Source of the DNA: Hemiscyllium ocellatum
Taxonomy: Eukaryota
NCBI RefSeq assembly: GCF_020745735.1
Contig: NC_083420.1
Coordinates: forward strand, 24,118,001-24,182,000
Reading direction: 5' to 3'
Length of the DNA stretch: 64,000 nucleotides
Shown one piece after another: positions 47,261 through 59,849 of this stretch. Within the stretch, counting starts at the first letter, position 1, and the number at the start of each line of letters is the position of its first letter. Below the pieces are notes generated by a model. It saw only the letters and a list, made by a program, of their open reading frames with translations. It had not been told where the DNA came from and made no database searches. A program made the position numbers and the translations under genes.

Positions 47261-47591
47261 TTTTGTTGTTGGGATTATTTCATCCTACTTCTGAATGGTC
47301 TCCCCCAGTCATATTTCAACTGGTGGGAATACAGTATATTGTAGCCTCTGTCTTGATCCACAATAAACCCCCCCCGGCACTCTCCTGTGTATGCCCACCT
47401 GCGGTTACTCTACTTTATGAGGAGATTCAAAACTCTCATTCTTGATTTCTAATCTTGTCGTGATCTCGGATACTGAGTCAAATACTGGCTTAAGTTTGGT
47501 CGTTGTCTCCCCTCCCTTCTATAATTTTTGACGTCACGAATAGGGCCTTGGTGGAACCCAAACTGAGCAGGTTATTGATGAGCAGTGCTGC

Positions 47592-47675
47592 TAAGGGTTA
47601 CACCCGAAACGTCAGCTTCTCTACCTCCTGATGCTGCCTGGCCTGCTGTGTTCTTCCAGCCTCCTGCCTGTCTAT
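47592..47675 (+). mobile_element. Short Penelope-associated repeat with the 3' half of a hammerhead
   Basis: AGGGTTACACCCGAAACGTC followed by GATGCTGCCTGGCCTGCTG. Confidence 0.6.
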
Positions 47676-47929
47676 TCGTAACACTGTCAAACACACTTCC
47701 TGTTGATTCATTTAAGATATGAGGAGTATTGGATGGGGTTGTAATGGAGGTAGACAGCTTTTGACAAGGCAATTTTCAAATGTTTTGATGGCTAGCTCTT
47801 GTTAAATTTGCAAACATGTTACTGATTCAAGATATATATTTTGTTATTAATGTTAATATGATGCTGATTTCATAACTTGTATGATTCTGCCCTGGTCCAA
47901 TTAGAGATTGCAATTTTTAAAGTTTTTTA

Positions 47930-49175
47930 TTGCAGCTTCTGAATCAGAAGGTTGTCAGTTCAAGTCCTGCTTCAAACGTTTGGAGCATATCATCCAGGTT
48001 AATACTTTCAGTGCAGTACTGAGGGTGTGCAACACTTAGATATCCTGCCTTTTGAATGAGAATATTAAACTGGGCTAGTGGGTTGAAGAATGGCAGATGG
48101 AGTTTAATTTAGATAAATGTGGGGTGTTGCATTTTGGTAAGACAAACCAGGGCAGGATTTTCATAGTTAAAAAGATGGGATCCTGGAGGGTGTTGTTGAA
48201 CAGAGCAATCTAGGGGTGTAGGTACAGAGTGCCTTGAAGGTGGTGTCACAGATAGACCGAATGGAGAAGAGCGTGTTTGACATGCTTGCCTTCATTGGTC
48301 AGAACATTGAGTACAGGAGTTGGGTTGTCCTGTTATGGCTGTACAAGACATTGCTGAGGCCACACTTGGAGTGTTGTGTACAATTCTGCTATAGGAAAGG
48401 TGTTATTAAACTAGAAAGGGTTCAAAATGATTAACAACGATGTTACCGAGACTGGAGGGTTTGAGTTATAAAGAGAGGTTGGATAGGCTGGGCATATTTT
48501 TCCTGGAGCGTCAGAGGCTGAGGGGTGACTTTGTAGAGGTTTATAAAATCAAGAGTGAATATAAAATCATGATAAGGTGAAAAGCCAAAGTCTTTTCCCA
48601 AGAGTAAGGGAGTCCAAAACTAGAGTGCATATGTCTAAGGTGGGAGGGGTAAAATTTAAAAAGAAGTTAAAGATAAATTCTACACACAGAAGGTGATGTG
48701 TGTGTGTATTACAAGCATCTAGAGGAAGTGGTACAGATGAGTATAAATACAGCACTTAAAAGACATTTGGATGGCTATGTGTTTAGGAAAGGTTTAGAGT
48801 GAAATGGGCCAAATGCAGGAAAATGGGACTAGTTTTGTGTAGCAAATATGCTTGACATGGATGACTTGGACTAAAGAGTCTTTTTCTGTGGTCTATGACT
48901 GTAAGTGAGGTCATATCTGCCCTCAGGTAAATGTAAACAATTCTCTGATACTTAGTCTGAAAGCAAGAAAGGAAGTTCTCTTGGTATCTTAACCCTTACT
49001 TATTCCTCCTCCAACATTGCTAAAAAAATCCACATTGCTGTTTGTGGGGTATTGCAGTGTGGAAATTGACTGTTCATTATGACTGTTCCTTCATTATCAT
49101 TGAGAGTTCAAAAGTATTTTCTTTGTTGTAAAGCACCTTCAAATATCTTGAGGTCATGAAAGAAGCTATACAAAT
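47930..49175 (+). mobile_element. Deu-domain SINE interrupted by a CR1 3' fragment (~48075-48900)
   Basis: SINE head (GTTCAAGTCC) at 47930-48072 resumes at ~48905; the insert encodes [20 protein letters not shown] and has a CR1 tail. Confidence 0.78.
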
Positions 49176-49578
49176 TTGTTGGGGAATGGCTCAAGTTCTT
49201 TTCGAGCTGGTTTGATTGTATCCACTCTGTCAAGTCCCCTTAATATATTTTATCCTTCAATAAGATCACTTTTGAAATTCAGAGGAAATGGGCTATTCTA
49301 ATTGATTCTTCCTGATGGGGCAGTTCCCTCCCCACAGGTGTCTCAGCTTCTACAAGTTTGCTGTGTGGGGAGCTAATTTTATTGTAAATATATACTAAAG
49401 CCTTTGTATAAGTTGAGTATAGTAGCTAACTGGTTGTGGTGAATGAGTAAATTAGCATATGATATTTATCGATAGTTAGGCTTGCATGTTGCTTCATTTT
49501 GAAACTGAAATTATTGTACTGTAAAATGTGAACCATAATGTTTTAATTGTTACACATTTCCCCTTTCTGCTTGTAGTA

Positions 49579-49693
49579 ATGAATCGGAAGAGAAACATTA
49601 TACCAGACGTTTTCCGAAAGATTAAGAAGCAAAAAGTTGGATTAGCAGAAGAATTTAAATTATCAGTTAAGAATGAAGCCAAAGATTTTGAAG
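49579..49693 (+). CDS. STK19: STK19 first coding exon
   Basis: cttgtag|TA ATG; MNRKRNIIPDVFRKIKKQKV..KDFE|gtacca; basic NLS-like N-terminus. Confidence 0.85.
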
Positions 49694-52600
49694 GTACCAA
49701 ATAATACAACTGAAAAAGATATTCTTTTACTTCATTTGTTGTCACCATCCTCCATCTCCCAGTGCAACGATTTCAGAAATGTTGCTTCTGCATATAGATC
49801 TCTTTCAGACTTTGTCCTGCTTGATCTCTGCAGACAGTTGGAGCCCTAAACCCCACTTAGACCCTCCACTTGTATTTTATTTTGTGTTTTCTATAGACAT
49901 TCAAGCATCAGCAATTGTAACCTCTACACCAGCACCAGGCTCCATACTGATGGAGGTAATCTGTTTCATGATTTGACCTCAACCTCTGCTCCACTACTTT
50001 TAAACTTTTCACTTGCTGCACAGAAGAACTTAAGAAACAGAAACAGGAACAGGAGTATAGACCATTTTGTGTCTTTAGCCTGTTCTGCTGTCCAGTATAA
50101 TTTATGGCAGTTTCCTGCCCTCTTCCCATGATTTACTTAATGGCCAGAAACATATAATTTAATTTGAATTCCAAATTCAAATGAAGAATTTCAAAGATTC
50201 AACTACATTGAGTGCAAAGGTCTCTCATTACCTCAGTCCTAAATGGCCAACCTTGTATTCTGAGACTTTGACTCTTAGTTCTGGATTCTTCAGTTGGGGT
50301 TTAAAACATTTCCGTGTCCACTCTCAACATATTTTATGTTTCAATGAGATCTCTTATGAACTCCTGAGAAAATGGTCCATTCTAATCAATCCCTCCTGTT
50401 GGGATATCCTATTATTTCAGTATCTCTCAGCTTCCAGAATTGGCCATGCTAAATACTTGATTTAAATTGGGTATAGTAGCTGACTGGTTATGCTGGACCA
50501 ATAAGCTAGAGGTTATAGGTTTAATTCCCACTAAGACAGCTTTTGTCAGTCTTGCACTAATTATAAGAATTCAAACAAAATGTAAGCTGTTTGGGGAAAA
50601 TAAATCAATCCAAATTATGGTAATAACTAGCTTAATTCTCACTAGATATTACTGCTAGATGTCAAGTTTCTTGAATCCAGATTTTATTATTGTAATTGAA
50701 AGAAAGTGCTCATATAGTCTGCCTGTTCTATACATAAAGCACATCTAAATAAATTTTTAATTTAGATTACTGCAATTATATAATTATTTTGATTGCTGTT
50801 TGTAAAGGCTATCCAATTCAAGAAAAACTTTTCTTCACCTTTTTTAATAGGAATGCCAAATGATACCAAGTCTGCACTGATTTTTTTAGTGTCGTTGTTT
50901 CCTCGTAAGTTATTTGATGATTCTCTTCCACCTATTGTTTTAAAACACCAACTTTACAGCATTGTTAAAGACAAAACTACAGTTGATCGTCAGCTGGTAA
51001 GTCCCATCACTGTGTGAAACTACTACAGATGTGTTGTCGAAGTTTGTCTGGAACTAACTGAGAGATTGAGCTTGAAATGCATGTATATTGATCAACAATG
51101 TAATTTAGCTGTACTCCATGAGGGACTATTGGCATCTTCCTCTGTTGGAGAGACAGATAATTATGATGCTTAAGGGGTGCCACTCCATACCAAGCATGGC
51201 ACGTGGCAAGAAGGCAAGCCTCCATTCTGTGTCAATCTGTAACACACTTGAGCCATCTGGTCGACTGAGTGAACTGACCCCATCATGGTTGATAAGTTGC
51301 TTCATATCCATTTGAATTCCATGTTCAGTAAAAGTAGAAAATATTTCTTAGCAGTCAGACAGTATCTATACAGACAGAAACAGAGCTATGATCTCAGGTA
51401 AATTTTCTTCAGTATTTCCTCATGACTGCACCATCCTGGATTATGTGCTCAAATCACTTGACAGGGATGTGAACCCACCATCTGCTGACTCTGAGGCAAG
51501 TATGCTTTCCACTGAAACAAGGCTGATACTGTAACTAATTGTAATCCCTTATTCACTAAATGTTAAGAATCTTGGGGTATTCACAATTATCTAAATTGAC
51601 AATTAATAATCTTATTGTCTTCATTCCTATATATTGATCAGAATGAGCTGAAAGATCTGGGACATGTTCGGATTTTCCAGTTTGGATTTGACACAGATGT
51701 GTTTGGCATTGTATTTACTGAGGATTACAAAAGTAAGGTTTTGGCTGCGACAGCAATGAAAGAAACTGCTTCAACAGTGCAAAGGTTTCTGGACACTGTG
51801 GTGAACTCGTGTACAGATCTTGGTTTCAACAAAGATAAAATGCTGAAGGAGTTTTCATTTCATGACCAAGAAATTACGTAAGTATTCATGATGATGATAA
51901 TAAGAAATAACACATGAAACAAGTGCATCATCTTGCAGGAAAGCAGTAAGACATTGAGCATCTCAAACTTGTTCTGTGAATTAATTAGCACACTATAGAC
52001 ATATTTTAATGACTTGGATGACCACTTAAATAGATTTAAAAGAAAACATTTCAAAAAGTTTATTTCAAAGTCTTGAAGAGAGGTCACTGACATGAAATAA
52101 GACCTGTACCTTTCTCCAGCGAGTTGTTGCTGGACCTGCTGAGTATTGCTAGGTTTATTCTTTATTTTCATTAAATGTTGAAATGTTTGCTTGCTGATAG
52201 AAAATCACTGATTTTCTAAATCCAGAAGTAGAAATACGAATGTTTTTCAATTTTTGATTGAGACACTTTTTTCTGTATAATTTGAAGAAGCAAATGTAGA
52301 TGCTAATTAACCTTTGTATATTAGCAGCGTTTAGAAAATGCTGATTAAGAACTTTCCAAAAAAGTGTGATAGGATTAGAATCAGGGTCCATGTGAAAGGC
52401 ATGCTCCAGTTCATGACATAAGTTTGTTTGGTTTCCCTTCTTTTCATTTAAGCAAAAAGGTTAAGGTCAAATGTAGTTAAATTGTCAATTATATGTTGCA
52501 TCATAATATATTTATGGTAGTACTTCATTGTGACTCTGAGCTCTCTTGTTTTTATTACTTACTTGGAAATGAAGTGATTTGTTATATAGACAGAGTGAGC

Positions 52601-55600
52601 AGCCATTTGGCACTTGAGGCAGAAATCAGGAAGAATGTTCCATTGTTCGTGTTTACTGAGGTTAACATATTCACCAGAACATTTGGAAGAACTCCTTAGT
52701 CCTCTTCAAATATATCATGTGTTTTTAATGTCCATTTAGCTCTGGCAAAGAGGCCCTTTCTCATTAATGCCTCTAATGTCCATTCAAGTTGTATGGAAAC
52801 TATAGACTTTATAAAATCAACTTCAGATTCACAAATGTCCATGGAATAGCTGTAATCTCTACATGGGCTGTTGCTAAAGATTGGATCATCTGAAGATTAG
52901 TTTCATTTTAAAAGTACTTCTTAAAAAAATTTGTTAACAGGCAACTGGTGAATGCAGGAGTTCTTACAGTACGAGATGTTGGAAGTTGGTGGCTTGCCAT
53001 TCCAGGTGCTGGCCGATTTGTGAAATATTTTGTAAATGGTAAGTTCCATGCATTAGAAACATGACCATTACTGATTGGCATAAGCAACTTTGAATTTAAT
53101 CAGAAAACTGAAGGTTCTGAGATCTAGTTCAATGTTTTAATGACTAAAAGTGAAGTTATCAACCTTGGCTCAATGGTAGCATGTTTAGTTTTGGCTCAGA
53201 ACCTAAAGACTTGGGCCGATCATCTAGACTCTTCATTTCAGTTCGAAGGGAATGTGATTGTATGTTTCAGATGAGATGTGTAACTAGTGTTTAGTAGGAA
53301 TGACATAAGGGGCTGGAGGAATCCTAAGTACCAGAGTAAATAGTTAGATGATGATGATTTTGAATCTGATAAGAACAAGTAAATTAGATAAGACAGACAA
53401 GAGCAAGTCAAAGAATGAAGTAAAAACTCTGAAGAAATTAAGCTGCATTTGTTTCAATACAAGAGATGTTGCAGGTAAAGCTGATGAACTCGGGCATTTT
53501 TGGGAACACCGGATTGGCATGTCATAGCATTTACAGAAACTTTGCCAAGGGATGGACTGGATTGGCAGCTCAGTGATCCTGGTTTCAGTTGCTTTAAGAA
53601 CAGTAGGAAGAGAGGCAAAAGTGGGAATGGGGATGAGTGATGGTTTTGATTACACCTGTAACTAGAAAAGATATTTCTGAAAAATTGTCCTGTGAAAATG
53701 TATATGGGTTGAAATTAAAAATAAAAAAGGAATGATGACCTTGATGGAATTGTACTACCGACCCACCTGATACTCAGAGGAAAATTGAGGAACAAAAACG
53801 TAGAGAGATATCCGATACAAGAGTGATAAGATTGTAATAGTAGGTGATTTTAATTTTCCAAGCATTGACTGGGACTACCATAATTTTAAAGGTTTGGATG
53901 GTGAAGAAATTGTTAAACTTCTCTTTATCAAAATGTAAATGTTCTGACTAGGGAAGGAGCAAAACTTGACCTTTAGTTTGGTAACAAGACTGGGCAAGTG
54001 ACTGAATCAATAGTAGGAGAACACTTTGGGGCTAGTGATTGCAATTCTATTTGGTTTAAAATAGTTATGGAAAAAGACAAGACTTTCATAAAATTAAAGT
54101 TTTTTTATTTGGAGTAAGACAAATTTTAATGGTATGAGACAAGAACTCTGAAAAATTGGAGTAGACTGTTCATCACTGGTAAAGGGACACCTAATAAATG
54201 AGAGGCTTTCAGAAGTGTTATAGTGAGAATTTAGAGTCATTAGGTTCCTGTTAGTGTGAAAGGTAAGGCTGGTAGGAGAGAGAACAATGGATGAATAAAG
54301 ATAGAGATTCTAGTCAAGAATGAAAGAGAATCATAAATTAGATGAAGATATCTGGGTTCAAATGAAGCTCTTGAACAGTATAAAGAGTGCAGGGGCATTC
54401 TTCAGAGGGACATCAGGAAAACAAAGGGAGGATATGAGAAAGCCTTGGTAAATAAGTTAAGGATAATCCAAAGAGATGCTACAACTATATTAAGGTGAGA
54501 GACAGTAGGGATTTAATAAGTCATTTTTGTGTTGAACCCCAGGGGATTGGAGAGATATTAAATGAATATTTTGCATTAATATTTACTGTAGAGAAAGAAA
54601 CGGATGTTAGAGAACGCAGGGAAATAAATATTGATCTCTTTAAAACAGTTCAGATTACAGAAGAGGACATGCTGGACACCTTACAAAATGAAAACATGGG
54701 TAAATCTCAGGCCTGATCTAGTATATATCAGGACTTCATGGGAAGTTAATTGTGGGGCCCCTTAGAAATATTTCTGTATCATCTATAACTGTGAGGTGCC
54801 AAATGACTGGACAGTGGCAAACTTTGTGCCCCTGTTTAAGAAGGGATGTAAGGAGAAGCCTGGGAACTGAAGACCTGAGTCTGACTTCGATGGTGGGTAA
54901 GTTGTTGGAAGTGATTCTGAAAGACAGGATTCATGTGCATTTAGAGAAGCAAAGAATGATTTGGGAGAGTCAGCATGGTTTTCTGCAAGGGAAATCATGT
55001 CTGAGGAAATTATCAAGAAGATTGCAGGCAGGGCAGTAGACTTTCATAACTTGGACTTGAGTAATGCCTTTGACAAGATTCTGCATGGTAGACTAATTGG
55101 TAAAGTTAGATCCCCTGGGATTCATGGTGAGCTTTCCAATTGGATGCAAAATTGGCTTAATGGCAGGAGACAGAGGGTGGTGTTGGAGGGTTTTTTTTTG
55201 GACTGGAGACTTGTGACCAGCTGTGTTCCACAGGGATTAGTGGTGGGTCTACTTTTATTTGTCATTTATATAAATGATTTAGATGAGAATGTAGGAGACG
55301 TTAGTATGTTGTGGATGATAGCAAGATTGATAGTATTGTTGACAGTGAAGAAGGTTATCTAAGATTACAAAAGGATCTTGATCAATTGGATCAAAGGAGT
55401 GAAGAGTGGCAGATGGACTTTAATATGGATAGATGTGAGGTATTATGTTTTAGTAAAACAAATAAAGGCAGACCTTATACAACTAAAGTAGGGCCTTGGG
55501 TATTGTTGTAGTATAGAGAAACCTAGGGGTTCAGGGACATAATTCTTTGAAGTTTGAGTCACATATGGATGGGGGTGGTTAAGAATGCGTTTAGCATACT

Positions 55601-58269
55601 TGCCTTCTCTGCTCAGATCTTTTTGAGTTGAGCTGGGACCTTATGTTGAGGTTGTACAGGACATTGGTGAGACCTCTACTGGAGTAATGTGTCCAGTTCT
55701 GGTCATCCTTTTTAAAGGAAGAATATTATTAAGCAGGAGAGGGTTCAGAAGAGATTTATCAGGATGTTGCTGGGAATGGAGGGTTTAAGTTATGGGGAGT
55801 GGCTGGTTAGGCTGGGACATTATTCGTTGGAGTGTAGGAGTTTGAGAGGTGACCTTTATAGATGTTTATAAAATCATGACTCGCAAGGTTTGTGAAGGTT
55901 TGTAGCTCAGGTTGAGGTGTAGGGTGTAGGTTTGCTCACTGAGTTGTAGGTTTGATATCCAGACGTTTCATTACCTGGCTAGGTAACATCATCAGTGGCG
56001 ACCTCCAAGTGAAGCAAAGCTATCGTCTCCTGCTTTCTATTTATATGTTTGTCCTGGATGAGGTTCCTGGGGTTTGAGGTGATGTCATTTCCTGTTCATT
56101 TTCTGAGGGGTTGATAGATGGCATCTAGATCTATGTGCTTGTTTATGGCATTGTGGCTGGAATGCCAGGCCTCTAGGAATTCTCTGGCATGTCTTTGCTT
56201 AGCCTGTCCCAGGATAAATGTGTTGTCCCAGTCAAAATGGTGTTTTTTTCATCTGTGTGTAGGGCTATGAAGGAGAGGGGGTCGTGTCTTTTTGTGGCTA
56301 GCTGGTGTTCATGTATCTGGGTGGCTAACTTTCTTCCTGTTTGTCCCACGTAGTGTTTGTGGCAGTCCTTGCATGGAATTTTATCAATGACGTTTTTCTC
56401 CATGGGTTGTTCAAGTCTGCAGCACATATTTTTAACTTGAGAGGAGAAAGATTTTAAAAAGATATATGGGTCAATTTTTATTTTGTACAGAGTGGTTAAT
56501 GTGTGGAATGAATGTCCAGAGGAAGGGGTGGATGTGGGTTACAGTGTTTAACAGACATTTAGATAAGCACGTGAGTAAGAAATGTTCGGAGGGGTATGAG
56601 TCAAGCAGAGTCAGTGGGAACTAGTTAAGTTTGGGATTATGTTTGGCATGGACTGGTTGGACTGTGCTGCATGACTTTGATTCTATGAATATAAAAGATT
56701 TCATGGCACTATTCAGTCAAAAGCAGTAGAGTTGTCCTGACTGATAGTTAGCCATCAAACCATATCATGGAAACCGTATTATGCTTCCTGTTATTGGGCC
56801 CTTACCTTGTGCAAATTGGTTTATTTACAAAGCAGCAACTGGCAGTTTTTTAAAATACTTTGTTGGTTGTCCTGAGATCCTGAAAGGTGTTTTGGGTCAA
56901 CTTTATTTTAAGAAAGGTGTTTCAGGAAAATGCTACAGACATTTCGAAGCTCACTCTAATACTGTAACCGTACATTGACAGTGTGAAATGATGCTTTGGT
57001 ATGGTATTTCTGTACATATTGGTAGAATCCAGTTTTGCCTTAATACTTTCCAGTCTTGTACCGATGTTTTTTTTTCTTTTGCATTAGTCTGAGTTGCTTT
57101 TCGACATTTAACAATCGCCTGTTAAAAGATTAATGCTTTCATTGATTACACATTACAGGTCGCAAAGCTGTTCTTCGCATGATACGGAAATCTAAATACA
57201 ATGAGGTTTTGCAGTCTGACTTAGAAACACGCAAAGGCGTATCCATGGTGAAGTTAGGGATCCAGTATCATGTCCATGACATCATTGGAGCAGAGTTGGT
57301 GAAATGGTGAAGTAGCACTTTTGTTTCTTTCAGGAATTATGTACTTACTAGGAATTTGTCAGATTTTAATTAAATGAAGAGCATGTGCAATGTATGGACA
57401 AGGCTACCTTTGTTTCAACTCCTGTCTGAGTTCAGTTGTTGTTCACGATTTAGCATTATCAACATTTTAGGTTGTTAGCAATTAAATTAACCAAGTTAAG
57501 ATTGGGAGCAGCAATGTGCTGCTTAGCCCTTCACTTTGCCTACTTTAACAATCAATTAGATACACTTTCTCTGATGGCTATCCTATGATGGCTGATAATT
57601 TAGCGCGACAATACTAGACAAGGATGTGATTGGAGTTCTGCCGTGATCTTTGGTTTTTTTTTGCTTCTCCATTCTGCAAATTGCTGCCGAACTAGGAACA
57701 TAGTTAACTGGTAACTGATGGGGAGAATGCAAAAATCTCAAGCAAAATTCTCTTTGAACAGCAAGAGAAAACAAAGCAGATCCTGAATAGAGTTGTGAAT
57801 AGCTGCTGGGAGGAAATGACTGTCAGCTCCCCATGGTTAGGGTTCCAGGGGAGGGGTGCTGACATAAATCATGTGACCTAAGCAGAAAGCATCCTTATTT
57901 AGGAAAACAAAAGGCTATAAAGAATCAGGTCTTTCAAAAGTGGTTTCAACATTTATTTCTTTTGTTATTTGGGTTCCAATAAACTTTAGAGCACAAAGTG
58001 ACCATTGTTCAATTTGCACTATTGTGGAATCTATGAAAAAGTTATTCATTGTTGCTGTGTCCTTTCTAAATTTTAAGATTTTTTTTTCAAATAATCTTTT
58101 ATTTTCACCTTTTTATTTCAAACTGACAGGTTGACAACAAGAAATTTCAACTTCATGTTACAATTGGAATGTGAGGGTTGTAGGAGTTGTATTTATGACA
58201 TATTCTGCTTTTTTTAAAACCAGCATCCCAACAACTACTGGAACTTTGCTGCGCTTGAATGAATCCTGA
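49579..58269 (+). CDS. STK19: STK19 (WHR1; winged-helix transcription-coupled repair factor, not a true kinase), whole gene model, 262 aa
   Basis: join(49579..49693, 50851..50996, 51642..51877, 52941..53038, 57159..57306, 58224..58269) = 789 nt. Conserved blocks: LFPRKLFDDSLPPIVL, FTEDY, LVNAGVLTVRD.GSWWLA.PGAGRF, YHVHDIIGA, TTTGTLLRL. Confidence 0.93.
50851..50996 (+). CDS. STK19: STK19 coding exon 2
   Basis: tttaatag|(G)MPNDTKSALIFLVSLFPRKLFDDSLPPIVLKHQLYSIVKDKTTVDRQL|gtaagt. Confidence 0.92.
51642..51877 (+). CDS. STK19: STK19 coding exon 3
   Basis: ttgatcag|NELKDLGHVRIFQFGFDTDVFGIVFTEDY..FSFHDQEI(T)|gtaagt. Confidence 0.92.
52941..53038 (+). CDS. STK19: STK19 coding exon 4
   Basis: gttaacag|QLVNAGVLTVRDVGSWWLAIPGAGRFVKYFVN|gtaagt. 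Confidence 0.93.
55881..56418 (-). mobile_element. Penelope-like element 3' fragment (GIY-YIG endonuclease plus terminus), inserted into CR1
   Basis: ORF 56173-56427, KIPCKDCHKHYVGQTGRKLATQIHEH, fits a PLE GIY-YIG (Uri) domain; CR1 sequence continues on both sides. Confidence 0.9.
55959..55998 (-). ncRNA. Minimal type I hammerhead ribozyme (best-preserved copy)
   Basis: CCA-CUGAUGA-U-GUUACCU(AGCC)AGGUAAU-GAAA-CG-UC-UGG: intact core, 7-bp stem II, palindromic ACGU stem III, CCA/UGG stem I. Confidence 0.75.
57159..57306 (+). CDS. STK19: STK19 coding exon 5
   Basis: cattacag|(G)RKAVLRMIRKSKYNEVLQSDLETRKGVSMVKLGIQYHVHDIIGAELVK|gtgaag. Confidence 0.92.
58224..58269 (+). CDS. STK19: STK19 last coding exon
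   Basis: aaaaccag|(C)IPTTTGTLLRLNES*; candidate ATTAAA at 58494-58499. Confidence 0.9.
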
Positions 58270-59849
58270 TCCACCGATCGCGTGCAGATCCACCTACGAA
58301 TCAAGTTCGATCTGAATGTTATCACCGGAACAGGATGCTGAAAAAGGGGAGCAACGTGGAAAGAGGCAGGGGAAAAGGATATAGACATTTTTCAAAAGAA
58401 TTCAATATTGCTGAAAGATTTGATACTACAAAACTAAATATTTCAGCTATTTATTTGCCAACCCTGTGATACAAGATTAACATTAACTTTTGTATTAAAA
58501 ATATAAATCAACATATTCAGTTGAATTTGACTGCGTTCAAGTTTAACATAGTTAAATGGAATGAACTGTGTTTATTTTTGTTTCCCAATGAATTTTGCAA
58601 TATACAATGAGCATAATGGACCACTACGTGGGAAGCTCAGATTACAGTGCAACAAAGTGTATGAATCGTATGTTCAATAGGTTATTGGGTTAACTGAGAC
58701 TTTAACCCGGATCGTTTCAAATGCTAAAAGGAAGCTCGAAATCCCTTATTAAACATTTTAATTACTTGAAGCTAGACTACGAGTCATCAAACCGTTTAGT
58801 CAAAAGGAAGCTGAAACCCAACGGTGAAGTTCAGAATTTGGTTTTGGATTTAATTTGAGTCAATTTATTTATGTAAAATTGCGATATATATAAAAATGGT
58901 CACAAAGCAGAAAAATCTATCATTAACTGCAAATGCTTTGAACTTGGACCCCAAGTGGAAATGTGGCATCTGGTTGATTAAAATCATTATGATCAAATGA
59001 ATTGCATTTGTAAGCTGCCTTGTGAATCATGCTGTGACTTTGTATTGTAAAAAAAAGGCTCTGTTTGTTTATAGATCAGTTTATGTTAAACAATTGGTTG
59101 AACCCATCTGTTGCCAGATAGTCTCACTACCAAGTCCTGCTGCTCTCTGCTAACATTGTTCCCTGTTGCAGAATCATCCTGGAGTACAATCTTTTTTTTT
59201 CTTTGATGGGAAGGGAGCATTGCTGGCAAGACCAGTATTTGTTGCCTAACTCTAATTGCCCTAAATAGAGTAGCTTGCTAAGCTATTTGAGAAGGCGCTA
59301 AGAGTCCAATGCATTGCTGTAGGTCAAGAGTCATCTGTAGACCAGACCAGGTGAGGACAGCAGATTTCTTTCCCTGAATGACATAAATGAACCAGATGGA
59401 TTTTTTTCTTTTAAACAAAAATTGATTGTTTCATAGTTACCATGAATGCAACTTGCTGTCATTTCCAGATTTAATAATTGGAAAATTGTGGAATTTAAAT
59501 TCATAGTGATTGATTTCATTATTTGAACCCATATCCTTGAGATGATTGGCCTGGACATTTGGATTACTGGTCCAGTGACAATATCACTACACCATCATCT
59601 CCAGGAATGTCAGATCAGCCATGATCCTATTGCAGGTTCAAGGGGCCAAATGGTCTATTCCAGTTCCTATTTATTACAGTCTTATGGACTACTCTCACCT
59701 GGTTCTATTCTTATCTCTATTATAGTACCAAGAAAATCACTTGCAGAGGCTTCTCTTCCTTTTTGTGTTCTGTTGCCCGTGATATCTCTAATGATCAATC
59801 CCTGGTTTCCTCTTATTTTTCATCTGTGCTGCCTGTCATGACACCATCC

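Larger units (their letters stand above)
53300..56690 (+). mobile_element. Long decayed CR1 LINE (endonuclease, RT and 3' end), inserted into a Deu-domain SINE (53165-53290 / 56690-56890)
   Basis: Decayed endonuclease motifs (CFN..; VGDFNFPSIDW), RT ORFs 54961-55362 and 55311-55511, tail GACTTTGATTCTATGA. Confidence 0.85.
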
